Origin: a bacterium
GTDB lineage: Bacteria > Zhuqueibacterota > Zhuqueibacteria > Oceanimicrobiales > Oceanimicrobiaceae
Length of the DNA: 48,142 nucleotides
Direction of reading: 5' to 3'
NCBI GenBank assembly: GCA_037446635.1
Contig: JBBIIG010000006.1
Location: 74,635 to 122,776 of the forward strand
A program made the position numbers and the translations under genes. The notes beneath the pieces were generated by a model, which was not told the origin of the DNA, did no database searches, and saw only the letters and a list, made by a program, of their open reading frames with translations. This document shows, piece after piece, positions 28,762-38,431 of the stretch (position 1 is its first letter; each line of letters begins with the position of its first letter).

Positions 28762-30048
28762 TTAAATCAAAATCCCGGCAATGGTGGCGGTGAGCCACGA
28801 CGCCAGCGCGCCGCCGATCATCGCTTTGAGGCCGATGCGGGCCAGGTCGTGTTTGCGTTCCGGCGCGATGCCGCCAATGCCGCCAATTTGAATGGCGATG
28901 GAGCTAAAATTGGCAAACCCGCACAGGGCGTAGGTGGCAATCGTGAACGAGCGCGGCGAGAGCTGATCTTTCCATTCTCCCAACTGCACGTATGCCACGA
29001 ACTCGTTGATCGCCACTTTGGTGCCGAGCAGGTAGCCGAAGTCGCGAATGTCGGCGGTCTCCACGCCCATCACCAGCGCGATGGGTGAAAATATGAAGCC
29101 GAGAACCTTCTTTAAACTCAAATTTTCCCAGCCAAAGAGCAATCCGAATTTTAGGAAGAAAAAATCCAGCATCGCAATCAACGCGATGAACGCCAGCAGC
29201 ATGGCGCCCACGTTCATCGCCAATTTGAGGCCATCGGCGGCGCCGCTGGCCGCGGCATCCACCACGTTGGCGGTGGTTTTTTCAATGCTGACCTTGACTT
29301 CGCCTTTGGTTTTGGGCTCCTCGGTTTCGGGGAAAATGATCTTCGCCATCACCAGCGCCGCCGGCGCCGACATCACGCTCGCCGCCATCAAGTGGCCGGC
29401 GTCCACCCCAAAACGCACGTACGCCGCCATCACTCCACCGGCGATGGTGGCGAAGCCGCCGGTCATCACCGCCATCAGCTCCGACAGGGTCATGGTGGAA
29501 ACATAAGGTCGAATGAGCAGCGGCGCCTCGGTTTGTCCCACAAAAATGTTGGACGCCACGGAAAGGCTTTCCGCGCCGCTGGTACCCATGAAACGCGCCA
29601 TCACCCAGGCCACGCCCTGCACCACTCGCTGCATCACCCCCAGGTGGTACAAAATCGACATCAGCGAGGCAAAGAAGATGATGGTGGGCAGCACATGAAT
29701 CGCAAATACAATTCCGATGTTGATGAAATCGCCGGAAACCGAATCACGGATTTGAAACGGGCCGCCGCCGCCGAGCGCTTTCACCAGGTCGGTGTCGCCG
29801 CGGTAGAGGTTGCCAAACAGGAACGACGCGCCGGCGTCGGTAAAGCTCAGCAGTTTGGTGATGGCGGCTTTGGCGTAAAAGAACACCGCCTGGCCGGGCG
29901 TTGTTTTTAAAATGATAACGGCAAACACCACTTGCAGCAGCACTCCCCACAGCACGACGCGGTAATTGATTTGCCGCTTGTTGTTAGAAAGCAACCATGC
30001 AATACCAAGCAAAACAAAAACGCCGACAAAGCTGACAAGTCGCTCCAT
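28762..30048 (-). CDS. nupC: Concentrative nucleoside transporter (NupC/CNT family)
   Basis: NIFVGQTEAPL, GFATIAGG, MSAPA, NEFVAY, LCGFANFSSIAI. Confidence 0.95.
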   Translation of the reverse strand: MERLVSFVGVFVLLGIAWLLSNNKRQINYRVVLWGVLLQVVFAVIILKTTPGQAVFFYAKAAITKLLSFTDAGASFLFGNLYRGDTDLVKALGGGGPFQIRDSVSGDFINIGIVFAIHVLPTIIFFASLMSILYHLGVMQRVVQGVAWVMARFMGTSGAESLSVASNIFVGQTEAPLLIRPYVSTMTLSELMAVMTGGFATIAGGVMAAYVRFGVDAGHLMAASVMSAPAALVMAKIIFPETEEPKTKGEVKVSIEKTTANVVDAAASGAADGLKLAMNVGAMLLAFIALIAMLDFFFLKFGLLFGWENLSLKKVLGFIFSPIALVMGVETADIRDFGYLLGTKVAINEFVAYVQLGEWKDQLSPRSFTIATYALCGFANFSSIAIQIGGIGGIAPERKHDLARIGLKAMIGGALASWLTATIAGILI

Positions 30049-30075
30049 TTTTCCCTCCTGATTTTCGAGATTGGT

Positions 30076-30663
30076 TTATTCGTTTCCGCGAAGTGGTTCA
30101 GTATCTGATGGCGGCTCAAAGCAATTCCGGCATCTCGCCTCGTACATGTCGGTGGCGCCAACCAGCACGCGATCTTTTTCTTTGGTGATGCGCTGAGTAC
30201 GGTTGGCGGGGTTGCCGCACTTCACGCAGATGGCGAGAGTTTTGGTGATGGACTCAGCGATGGCCAGCATTTGCGGCATAGGCTCGAACGGCTTGCCGCG
30301 GTAATCCTGATCCAGGCCGGCGACGATCACGCGCTTGCCCTGGGCGGCGAGTTTTTCGCACACCTCCACCAGCTCCAGCCCGAAAAATTGCCCCTCATCG
30401 ATGCCCACCACTTTGGCGTCGCGAGAGCGCTCTAAAATTTCATACGCGCTGCGCACCGAAACCGAGGGTATTTTTTGCTCGCTGTGCGAGACGATGTGAT
30501 CGTTGGAAAAACGCGTATCGATAAAGGGCTTAAAAATCGCTACCTGCTGGCGGGCGATTTGCGCGCGCCGCAGCCGGCGAATCAACTCTTCGGATTTGCC
30601 GCTGAACATGCTGCCAACGATAACTTCAATCCAGCCCATCTCATTGGAAAAGGTGTCTAACAT
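30076..30663 (-). CDS. tdk: Thymidine kinase
   Basis: [28 protein letters not shown], zinc-site CVKC..CRNC. Confidence 0.96.
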   Translation of the reverse strand: MLDTFSNEMGWIEVIVGSMFSGKSEELIRRLRRAQIARQQVAIFKPFIDTRFSNDHIVSHSEQKIPSVSVRSAYEILERSRDAKVVGIDEGQFFGLELVEVCEKLAAQGKRVIVAGLDQDYRGKPFEPMPQMLAIAESITKTLAICVKCGNPANRTQRITKEKDRVLVGATDMYEARCRNCFEPPSDTEPLRGNE

Positions 30664-30700
30664 AGCTGCCTCTGTAATTGGTGATGACAGAAAAAAGCTG

Positions 30701-30841
30701 AAATTTCAAACGCAAATAACAAACCCCAAATAAATCTCAAAACAAAAAAATCACAATTACCAAAACCAGGCATCATCACGGATTTTGAATTTTCGAAATT
30801 GAATATTGGATTGTTATTTGATTTTTGAGATTTATGTTTGG
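30701..30841. repeat. Inverted degenerate heptamer array (AAATCAC/AAATCTC versus GATTTTT)
   Basis: An A-rich 7-bp-periodic tract is followed by a complementary T-rich tract between udk and tdk. Confidence 0.6.
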
Positions 30842-31471
30842 TCATTCCCGCTCTCTGAGCAGTGCCTCGATTTTGGTTTTGATCAAATCAATCGCCACTT
30901 TATTGTAGCCGCCCTCCGGGATGATGATGTCCGCGTAGCGTTTGGTAGGCTCCACGAATTGCAGGTGCATCGGGCGCACGCTTTCTTCGTACTGGCGAAT
31001 CACCGACTCCAGGGTGCGCCCGCGTTCCAAAATGTCGCGTTTCAAGCGGCGGATGAAGCGGATGTCGGGATCGGTGTCCACGTAGATTTTGATGTCCATC
31101 AAATCCCGCAGCGCCGGGTTATCGAAAATCAAAATGCCCTCTAGCACAATGATGGCGTGCGGGCCGATGGCTTGCGTGCTGGAGGTGCGCGTGTGCGTCA
31201 CAAAATCATAAATCGGCGGGAAGATGGTTTGTCCGTTCAGCAGCGCTTTCATATCTTTGATCAAAAGATCGGAGTCGATGGCATCCGGATGATCGAAATT
31301 GTGGCGGCTGCGCTCCTCGAGGGAAAGATGGCTGAGACTTTTGTAATAGGAATCCTGGCAAAGGATGATCACCCGATCCGATCCCAGCTCGGAATAGATA
31401 TTTTGGGAAACCAGCGTTTTCCCCGATCCCGTTCCACCGGCAATACCGATTAAAATTCCCCGTTCTGACAA
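30842..31471 (-). CDS. udk: Uridine kinase
   Basis: IGIAGGTGSGKT, NFDHPDAID, RRLKRDILERGR, PTKRYADII. TTG start at 31471 with an AGGAGA RBS. Confidence 0.95.
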   Translation of the reverse strand: MSERGILIGIAGGTGSGKTLVSQNIYSELGSDRVIILCQDSYYKSLSHLSLEERSRHNFDHPDAIDSDLLIKDMKALLNGQTIFPPIYDFVTHTRTSSTQAIGPHAIIVLEGILIFDNPALRDLMDIKIYVDTDPDIRFIRRLKRDILERGRTLESVIRQYEESVRPMHLQFVEPTKRYADIIIPEGGYNKVAIDLIKTKIEALLRERE

Positions 31472-31490
31472 ATTTATTTTTCTCCTGATT

Positions 31491-31877
31491 GCCACAAAGA
31501 CACCGAGTGCACAGAGCGGTGCTTTTCTAGCAAAATTTTTTAACCGCAAAGAACGCAAAGGCCGCTAATAAAAAGCAAATTTTTTCCCTTGCGTCTTTAC
31601 ACCATTTCAAAAATTCTTGTAGGGATACCCATCACCTCACCCTTCCGCGAAGCGGATCCGCTTTGGCGGAAACCCTCTCCTTAAAGAGGAGAGGGCACGT
31701 GATCCCTTCCCCTAAAAGGGGAAGGTTAGGATGGGATCTGCTCTTGAGAAGTATCTAGATTTCCAAACCATACAAAAATTCCTGAAACGGAGTACTTAGC
31801 GAACTTTGCGGTTGATTTGGTTGCCTGCCTGTGCCGACCAGCGGCTTTGCACGCTGTGCTCTCCGTGTCTCTGTGGC
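31491..31877. repeat. Multiply nested inverted-repeat composite between cdd and udk
   Basis: Outer arms 31491-31514/31854-31877; second arms 31542-31560/31795-31813; CCTCACCCT element 31635-31735 carrying a 27-bp insert at 31644-31670. Confidence 0.8.
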
Positions 31878-31884
31878 TGATTTT

Positions 31885-32295
31885 TTACGCGCTGCGGTTT
31901 TCCAAAAACTTTTTCCCAAACGCCTCCGGCAGCAGCTCCGCAATCGTCGTCTCTTTGGTTTTGCCCAGCGAATTCAGAAGGATGATTTTCAGATTTGGCG
32001 CATACTCGTACAGCACCTGCCGGCACGCCCCACACGGTGGACACAACTCCCGCGTGTTCGCCGTTATCACCATCGTGGCAAATTCTCTTTCCCCTTCCGA
32101 GAGCGCTTTGAACATTGCCACGCGCTCAGCGCAAATCGTCAGTCCGTAGGAGCTGACTTCGATGTTGCAGCCAAAGTAGAGCTTGCCGGATTTGGTTTCC
32201 AGCACCGCGCCCACTGGAAAATTGGAATAGGGCGCGATGGCGCGCTGCTGCGCTTGTTTGGCGTATTCTAAAAGATCGGAGAGATTATGTTTCAC
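31885..32295 (-). CDS. cdd: Cytidine deaminase (tetrameric type)
   Basis: APYSNFPVGA, GCNIE, ICAER, PCGACRQ. Confidence 0.96.
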   Translation of the reverse strand: MKHNLSDLLEYAKQAQQRAIAPYSNFPVGAVLETKSGKLYFGCNIEVSSYGLTICAERVAMFKALSEGEREFATMVITANTRELCPPCGACRQVLYEYAPNLKIILLNSLGKTKETTIAELLPEAFGKKFLENRSA

Positions 32296-32336
32296 AATGC
32301 GTTCCTGACATTTGAAATTTGTCTGTTCCAGCCTAC

Positions 32337-32373
32337 CCCTCTCGATCCCACGCTCTGCGTGGGATCGAGAGGG
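32337..32373. repeat. REP palindrome TCCCACGCTCTGCGTGGGA family
   Basis: CCCTCTCGATCCCACGC-TCT-GCGTGGGATCGAGAGGG; related copies at 42226 and 42452. Confidence 0.85.
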
Positions 32374-32382
32374 TTTTGTGGT

Positions 32383-32412
32383 AAAAAAAATCCGAGAATG
32401 AATCTCGGATTT
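32383..32412 (-). terminator. Intrinsic terminator after ssb
   Basis: Minus strand AAATCCGAGA-TTCAT-TCTCGGA followed by T8. Confidence 0.7.
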
Positions 32413-32473
32413 CTAAACTGATGAAAGGCTGTGTATCGTGCGTCTAAAATCAACTCTGGCTCCGCTTGGTAAT

Positions 32474-32917
32474 TTAAAAAGGCAGATCGTCTTCTTCCTG
32501 AGGTCCCGGGCCTTCGGGAGCAGGCGGCGCGTCGGCATCGGAAGGCGGCGGCACAGCCGAGCGCCCGCCGTCGGATTTGGAATCGAGCATGGTCAAGGCG
32601 TCGGCAATGACCTCGGTCATGTATCTTTTAATGCCGTCTTTATCTTCCCAGGAGCGGGTTTGCAAGCGCCCCTCGACATAAACTTTGCTGCCTTTTTTCA
32701 GCCACTCGCCGGCAATTTCGGCCAATCTTCTCCAAAGTACCACGCGGTGCCATTCCGTACGTTCTTGTTTGTTGCCGTCGTTATCCTTCCAGACCTCGTT
32801 GGTAGCCACACTCAAAGTTGTCACAGCCGCCCCATTTGGAGTATATCTTAACTCCGGATCTTGGCCTAAATTACCCACCAGGATCACTTTGTTCACCGAG
32901 CCCTTACCAGTGGCCAT
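32474..32917 (-). CDS. ssb: Single-stranded DNA-binding protein
   Basis: [30 protein letters not shown], acidic C-terminus DDLPF. Confidence 0.97.
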   Translation of the reverse strand: MATGKGSVNKVILVGNLGQDPELRYTPNGAAVTTLSVATNEVWKDNDGNKQERTEWHRVVLWRRLAEIAGEWLKKGSKVYVEGRLQTRSWEDKDGIKRYMTEVIADALTMLDSKSDGGRSAVPPPSDADAPPAPEGPGPQEEDDLPF

Positions 32918-33631
32918 AACACGCCCTCCTCACTTTTAAAATGAATAATGTTTGGATTTTGGTTATCGTAACAAAAAATATTTATAATGTCAAGAATTTT
33001 TTCTGAGGGAAGTTCAGTATTTGAAAAATCTTACCATCGCGCTGATTTTGTGAGCGTAAACCGCGTTTGAAATTGTCATATCGAAAAGAAGGCTTCATAA
33101 TGCCATGTTCTCCATAAGCCAACATAAGCACTACTAATCTTTTAAAAATAGCCGCCGTTTTTTTGAAAACTTTCGCCGTTATATGACCAGTTCTCGTATA
33201 TTTTTTCTTGACATTCACTCGCAATTTTAGAGATCTGGGGACGAATTACAGACACCGTTTGTGAATCGCGAATCCATCCTATATCGAATCTTTAAAACAT
33301 CTATCCGCTATGTCAACATATTTGGCCCCAGCGGCTATGACTTTCTTGTGAAATAAGTTATTACTTTGGCTTTGATCTTGTTTCGGACACCCTCTTTAAG
33401 CCCCCTTATGTTAAAACCGTAAATAATGTTTATTGCACCAAGAATTGAATAGTAGATTAGCATCAAGGTTTTGAGCGAGTTATCAAAAAATGCTGGAAGC
33501 AAACCAATGACAAACCCCGTAACAATCCTCAAAGATTTCCGTTAAAGCAAAATAAATCTGACAACCATTTTCCTTTCTCGTCAGTCTTATAAAACATCAC
33601 TGCCACGTTTTGAAATCTTGGAGGCGAGGTT

Positions 33632-34321
33632 ATGATCCGAACACAGAATCTCAAGAAACTCTATACCACTGAGGAAGTGGAAACCACGGCGTTGAACAAC
33701 GTCAATCTCGAAATTCACCCCGGCGAGTTTGTGTCCATCATGGGGCCGTCGGGATGCGGCAAGTCCACCCTGCTGAATTTGCTGGGCTTGCTGGACAATC
33801 CCTCCGAGGGCGAGCTGTTCTTCCTCGATGAGGAGGTGGCGAAGTACAGCGAGCGCCAGCGCGCCAATCTGCGCAAACAGAACATCGGCTTCGTGTTTCA
33901 AAGCTTCAATCTCATTGACGAGCTGACGGTGTTCGAGAACGTCGAGCTGCCGCTGCTCTATTTGGGCGTCTCCACCTCCGATCGCAAAAAGCGCGTGGAA
34001 GAGGCGCTGGAAAAAATGCAGATCATGCACCGCCGTAACCATTTTCCGCAGCAGCTTTCCGGCGGACAGCAGCAGCGCGTGGCCGTGGCGCGCGCGGTGG
34101 TGGCTCGTCCCAAACTGATTTTGGCGGACGAACCCACCGGCAACCTTGACTCCGCCAACGGCGAAGAAGTGATGCAAATTCTCGCCGCCCTCAACGAAGA
34201 AGGCACGACCATCATCATGGTCACGCACTCGCCAGCGTATGCCGAGTACGGGCATCGCATCGTGCATTTGTTCGATGGGCACGTGGTGAGCGAAAATATT
34301 CGCGAGCGGTACCAGGCGTGA
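33632..34321 (+). CDS. MacB/LolD-type ABC transporter ATP-binding protein
   Basis: GPSGCGKST, IGFVFQSFNL, LSGGQQQRVAVARA, LADEPTGNLD, VTH. Confidence 0.93.
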   Translation: MIRTQNLKKLYTTEEVETTALNNVNLEIHPGEFVSIMGPSGCGKSTLLNLLGLLDNPSEGELFFLDEEVAKYSERQRANLRKQNIGFVFQSFNLIDELTVFENVELPLLYLGVSTSDRKKRVEEALEKMQIMHRRNHFPQQLSGGQQQRVAVARAVVARPKLILADEPTGNLDSANGEEVMQILAALNEEGTTIIMVTHSPAYAEYGHRIVHLFDGHVVSENIRERYQA

Positions 34322-34392
34322 GGGCTATTCAGTATCATTACGAGCTTTGATGACTGCGTCATTTTATTGGAAAGGAAATTTCTGACTCCAAT

Positions 34393-34610
34393 GCGATTGC
34401 TTCGTCCCGACCTGCGAGGCGCTTTTTGCCTGCCCGCCAGAGGCCTTAGGCCGGCGGGCTGAAGCCGTCCCATCGAATGAGCAACTTCCTTAGAAAGAGC
34501 GCAGCGACGAAGTAAATCCCATGATTTGATCACCAAATCATGAGATTGCTTTGCTAGGCTTGCAATGACACTTACCATTTTTGAATATCCGAGCGAGAAT
34601 TGTCATTGCA
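34393..34610. repeat. Degenerate GTCATTGC / GATTGCTTCG..GCAATGAC-type repeat cluster
   Basis: gcgattgcttcg at about 34393; gagattgctttgctaggcttgcaatgaca at 34542-34570; tgtcattgcaa at 34601. Confidence 0.5.
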
Positions 34611-34646
34611 AAACTTGGAAACGACTGAAAAATGAATTGAAGTTGA

Positions 34647-37286
34647 ATGCTGAGAGCTAAATTTTTAATCACAATTACTCTGTTGTTCACCCTGACGCCG
34701 TTGCTCGCCGGCGACGACGACGCCCTCACCCGACGAAAGGAATTCCGCGCGAACCGGATCGAAAGTGAGTCGCCGCGAATCGACGGCATCCTCGATGACG
34801 CGGCGTGGCAGGCCGCGGAATTTTTCTCCGACTTTTTGCAGAAAGATCCGGACGAAGGCGCCGCGCCCTCGAATCGCACCGAGATTGGAATTCTTTACGA
34901 CGAACATGCCATCTACATCGGCGCGCGCATGTTTTTCGATCAACCTGAACAAATTCGCGCGCAAGTCAGCCGCCGCGACAACAACGGCAACTCCGACCGC
35001 ATCATCGTTTCCCTCGACACCTACTGCGACCGCCGCACCGCCTACACTTTTGTAGTCACCGCCGCCGGCGTGCGCGTTGATTACTATCACTCTGCCGACG
35101 ACGAATACAATCGCGATCATTCCTACAACCCGGTGTGGGACGCCGACGCTTACATCGGACCGGACGGCTGGAGCGCCGAGATGCGCATCCCATTTTCGCA
35201 ACTGCGCTTCCGAAACGCCGCCGAGCAGGTGTGGGGCATCAACATCAACCGCTTCATCCCCAGCACCAACGAAGATTTGTACTGGGTGATGATTCCCAAA
35301 AACGAAACCGGCTGGGCATCGAAATTTGGAAATTTGGTCGGCATCAAAAATATTCCAGCGGCGCGGCGCATCGAACTGCTGCCGTACGAAACCAGCAGCG
35401 CCACCTTCACCAGCGGCACCCACCCCGACGATCCCTTCAACGACAGCAGCGAGTTCACCTCGCGCGCCGGCGCCGATTTGAAAATGGGACTCGGCTCAAA
35501 TTTGACGCTGGACGCCGCTATCAATCCGGATTTCGGGCAGGTGGAGGCGGATCCGGCGGAAGTCAACCTCACCGCGTTCGAAACCTTTTTCGATGAGAAG
35601 CGGCCGTTTTTCATCGAGGGCAGCCAGCTGTTCGACAACATCGGCCCGAGGTTTTTCTATTCGCGGCGAATCGGCGCGCCGCCGCACGGTTCGGTGGAAG
35701 GCGATTTTCGCGACGTACCGGACAACACCACGATTGTCTCAGCGGCAAAGTTGACTGGTCGTTTGAATTCCGGTCTGTCCATCGGCGCGCTGACGGCGTT
35801 GACCGCACGCGAACATGCCCGTTCATTTTTTGCCGCCACGGATTCCAACGCTGCCCGGCGCGAAAAACATGAAGTGGAGCCGTTGAGCGGTTTTGGCGTC
35901 CTACGGCTGCAGCAGGAATTTGGGAAGTCGTTTTCCACGGTGGGATTGATGTTCACCGGCATTCGCCGCGACCTCTCGGCCGGCGAGCCGCTGGCAGCAG
36001 TGTTGAATCGCCAGGCCTATTCCGGCAACGCCGATTGGAATCTCCGCTTTCGCGATGGAAAATATGTGCTGCAAGGTTTCGCCGGATTCTCTTATATTGA
36101 AGGCGAGCCGCTGGCCATCGTGCGCGCCCAGCGATCCAGTGCGCGCTATTTCCAGCGCCCGGACGCCAGCCACGTGCGTCTCGATTCGTCGCGAACTTCT
36201 TTGGCCGGTTTTGCCGGCTCGCTCAGTTTTGATAAACGAAGCGGACGCCACTGGTTGTGGGGCGCGGACTTCGGCGCCCATTCGCCCAACTTTGAGTTGA
36301 ACGACGTGGGCATTTTATCCAGCGCTGATATTATTTCCTCCAGCGCTTATTTGACCTATCGCGAGAATACCCCCGGCAAAATTTTTCGAAATTACCAAGT
36401 GCAAACCCTGGTTGCGACCGACTGGAACTTTGACGGCAACCGCACCTTCACGATTCTCGATTTCAACGCCAGCGCGATGTGGAAAAACTTCTGGCGGCAC
36501 GATTTCCATTTTCATTATAAGCTGCCGGCGCTGAGCGACGATTTGACCCGCGGCGGCCCCCTCATGAAAACCGCCTCCGACTGGCATTTGTCCACGGCGC
36601 TGGCCAGTAACTTCGCCGCCAAAATTCCGTGGGACGTGGAGCTCTCCTATATTCGCGATGAGTTGGGCGGTTGGATTTTTGAGGCTTCGGGGGATATTTC
36701 TTTCAAGCCCGGCGCGCGCTGGGAATTTTCGCTGGGGCCGGGATATTTTCGTCAGCTCAATAAACGGCAGTATTTTGATGAGCTCGGCGGCGGACGGCCG
36801 GAGACGTTCGGCCGGCGCTACATTTTTTCCACCATCGAGCGCAGCGAGTTGGCGGCGGAGATTCGACTCAATTACGCCTTCACGCCGGATTTGAGTCTGG
36901 AGTTGTACGCCGAGCCGTTTGTGTCCAGCGGGCGCTGGTTCGATCACGGCGAGTTAGCAGCGTCGCGCAGCAAACGGCTGCGGCGGTATGGCAGCGAGGG
37001 TACCACCGCAACCATCAACCCGGATGGCTCCATCATGGTGACCGACGGCAGCGACGTTTTCGATTTACGCAACCGCGATTTTAACAATCACTTTTTCCGC
37101 AGCAACGTGGTGCTGCGGTGGGAGTGGCGGCGCGGCAGCGCCCTGTTTTTGATCTGGCAGCAGGATCGCTTTTCCTCCCGGCCGCATGGAAGGCTGGTCA
37201 CGCCGGGCCAGCTGCTGGATTCGTTCACCGCGGCCGGCGACAATTTTTTAGCGGTGAAAGTGAGCTACTGGCTGCCAGTGAATTGA
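34647..37286 (+). CDS. Secreted/outer-membrane protein with CBM9-like and DUF5916-like domains
   Basis: Signal peptide, PRIDGILDDAAW, WSAEMRIPFSQLRF, NPDFGQVEAD, FFDEKRPFFIEG, FYSRRIG, and a barrel-like C-terminus KVSYW. Confidence 0.85.
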   Translation: MLRAKFLITITLLFTLTPLLAGDDDALTRRKEFRANRIESESPRIDGILDDAAWQAAEFFSDFLQKDPDEGAAPSNRTEIGILYDEHAIYIGARMFFDQPEQIRAQVSRRDNNGNSDRIIVSLDTYCDRRTAYTFVVTAAGVRVDYYHSADDEYNRDHSYNPVWDADAYIGPDGWSAEMRIPFSQLRFRNAAEQVWGININRFIPSTNEDLYWVMIPKNETGWASKFGNLVGIKNIPAARRIELLPYETSSATFTSGTHPDDPFNDSSEFTSRAGADLKMGLGSNLTLDAAINPDFGQVEADPAEVNLTAFETFFDEKRPFFIEGSQLFDNIGPRFFYSRRIGAPPHGSVEGDFRDVPDNTTIVSAAKLTGRLNSGLSIGALTALTAREHARSFFAATDSNAARREKHEVEPLSGFGVLRLQQEFGKSFSTVGLMFTGIRRDLSAGEPLAAVLNRQAYSGNADWNLRFRDGKYVLQGFAGFSYIEGEPLAIVRAQRSSARYFQRPDASHVRLDSSRTSLAGFAGSLSFDKRSGRHWLWGADFGAHSPNFELNDVGILSSADIISSSAYLTYRENTPGKIFRNYQVQTLVATDWNFDGNRTFTILDFNASAMWKNFWRHDFHFHYKLPALSDDLTRGGPLMKTASDWHLSTALASNFAAKIPWDVELSYIRDELGGWIFEASGDISFKPGARWEFSLGPGYFRQLNKRQYFDELGGGRPETFGRRYIFSTIERSELAAEIRLNYAFTPDLSLELYAEPFVSSGRWFDHGELAASRSKRLRRYGSEGTTATINPDGSIMVTDGSDVFDLRNRDFNNHFFRSNVVLRWEWRRGSALFLIWQQDRFSSRPHGRLVTPGQLLDSFTAAGDNFLAVKVSYWLPVN

Positions 37287-37321
37287 TTGGTAGGGGCGTA
37301 TTGCAATACGCCCCTACCAAT
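37286..37321. repeat. GTAG-type REP palindrome
   Basis: Perfect palindrome ATTGGTAGGGGCGTATTGCAATACGCCCCTACCAAT. Confidence 0.85.
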
Positions 37322-37499
37322 TTTTTTTAGCCGCTGGTTGCTTATACACCAGCGCGGCCACTGCTCCGAAAATCAACCAGCCAATCAAAGTGATTGCGCC
37401 CCAGCACCAGCTCAGATAGTAGGGGAAGCCGTTGAAGACCAGCGGGCTGTAAAACTGCGCGAAGAAAGAAACCAGCCCGATGAAGAGCCCGAAGGTCAC
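37314..37499 (-). pseudogene. C-terminal half of the membrane protein whose N-terminal half is at 17467-17701
   Basis: VTFGLFIGLVSFFAQFYSPLVFNGFPYYLSWCWG...; starts at the shared GGTGACC and joins in frame as GGVT|FGLF. Confidence 0.75.
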
Positions 37500-37941
37500 C
37501 GGGATTTTGTGTGAGCCGCCACCGCTGCGTAGTCGTAAGTCGTAACTTCCAGGCGGTTTCCGTAGGGATCACAGAAGTAAACCGACCAGGCGAGATCGTG
37601 GTCCACCGCTTGGAGTTCATGCACCACCTGGCCGTCTTCATTGTAAAGCGGAGCGCTGGCTGCCTGTTCGAGAAAAGCCAGAAATCCGACGCCGTCCACC
37701 CGAAACGCAAGCCAGCGGAAACCCACAATCGGGCGCTGGCCCGGCGGCTCGCCCTTGAACAGGGCGAGCTTGGTGGCGCCGCCGTCGCTGGAGATCATGA
37801 GCGGGCCGCCCGCCGCCCAGCTTTCGTAGCCGGGCAAAATTTCAAATCCCAGGACTTGTGATACCATTTGGCGGCGGCTTGATCGGGGACGAAGAATTCA
37901 ATGTGATCGATGGACTGGACACGAAAGGATTCCGGATGCAT
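37496..37941 (-). pseudogene. VOC/glyoxalase family gene with a 1-nt frameshift
   Basis: GGAG RBS, then MHPESFRVQSIDHIEFFVPD..AAKWY; frame changes at about 37860 to QVLGFE..LAFRVD..SVYFCDPYGNRLEVTT. Confidence 0.75.
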
Positions 37942-37993
37942 TTGTGCTCTCCGACTATTTTTAGCTTCATGATATTTGGTTATGATCAGGGGG

Positions 37994-38431
37994 TCACATG
38001 CTTCGCTGCAATATCCCCATCAATTCTCCTGGCACCAACCGATGCTTCTCATCGAAGCTGTGCAACTCCCGCCAGGTGGCGCGCGAGACGTGGCCGCCGT
38101 CCTCTTTCACCATGAATTCGTCCCGTTGGTTGGCGCGCTCATCGTGGAAACGACCTTCGTAAACAAAGACAATCTCGTGCCGCGGTTCGCCCTCCAAAAC
38201 AAAGACGTTTTCCAGTACGTCCAGCAGCCGGAGGGCGGTGAGCTCCAGCCCGACTTCTTCCAAAATTTCCCGCTTCACCGCGGCGGCACTGGTTTCGCCC
38301 GGCTCGACGCCCCCGCCGAGCGGCCGATAATAGTGAGCGCCTTTGACAGAATCGAATCCCTCAAAAACCAGAACGCCTCTTTCCGAACGGATGACACAGA
38401 TGGCGATAACCCGAATGCGCTTTGGTTTCAT
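37994..38431 (-). CDS. NUDIX hydrolase
   Basis: Nudix box GGGVEPGETSAAAVKREILEEVG; the ATG at 38431 overlaps the upstream stop. Confidence 0.9.
   Translation of the reverse strand: MKPKRIRVIAICVIRSERGVLVFEGFDSVKGAHYYRPLGGGVEPGETSAAAVKREILEEVGLELTALRLLDVLENVFVLEGEPRHEIVFVYEGRFHDERANQRDEFMVKEDGGHVSRATWRELHSFDEKHRLVPGELMGILQRSM

Noticed and set aside
32982..33532. Two short AT-rich ORFs (80 and 65 aa)
   Set aside because: TTG starts, no convincing RBS or motifs, atypical composition. Probably non-coding.
33599..33616. Possible sigma-54 promoter TGCCACGTTTTGAA
   Set aside because: It lacks the -24 GG and -12 GC and has the wrong spacing.
17695..37500. Programmed, invertase-controlled phase switch
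   Set aside because: Only 7 bp of homology, no recombinase in the window, and the split gene has decayed. A one-off rearrangement is more likely.
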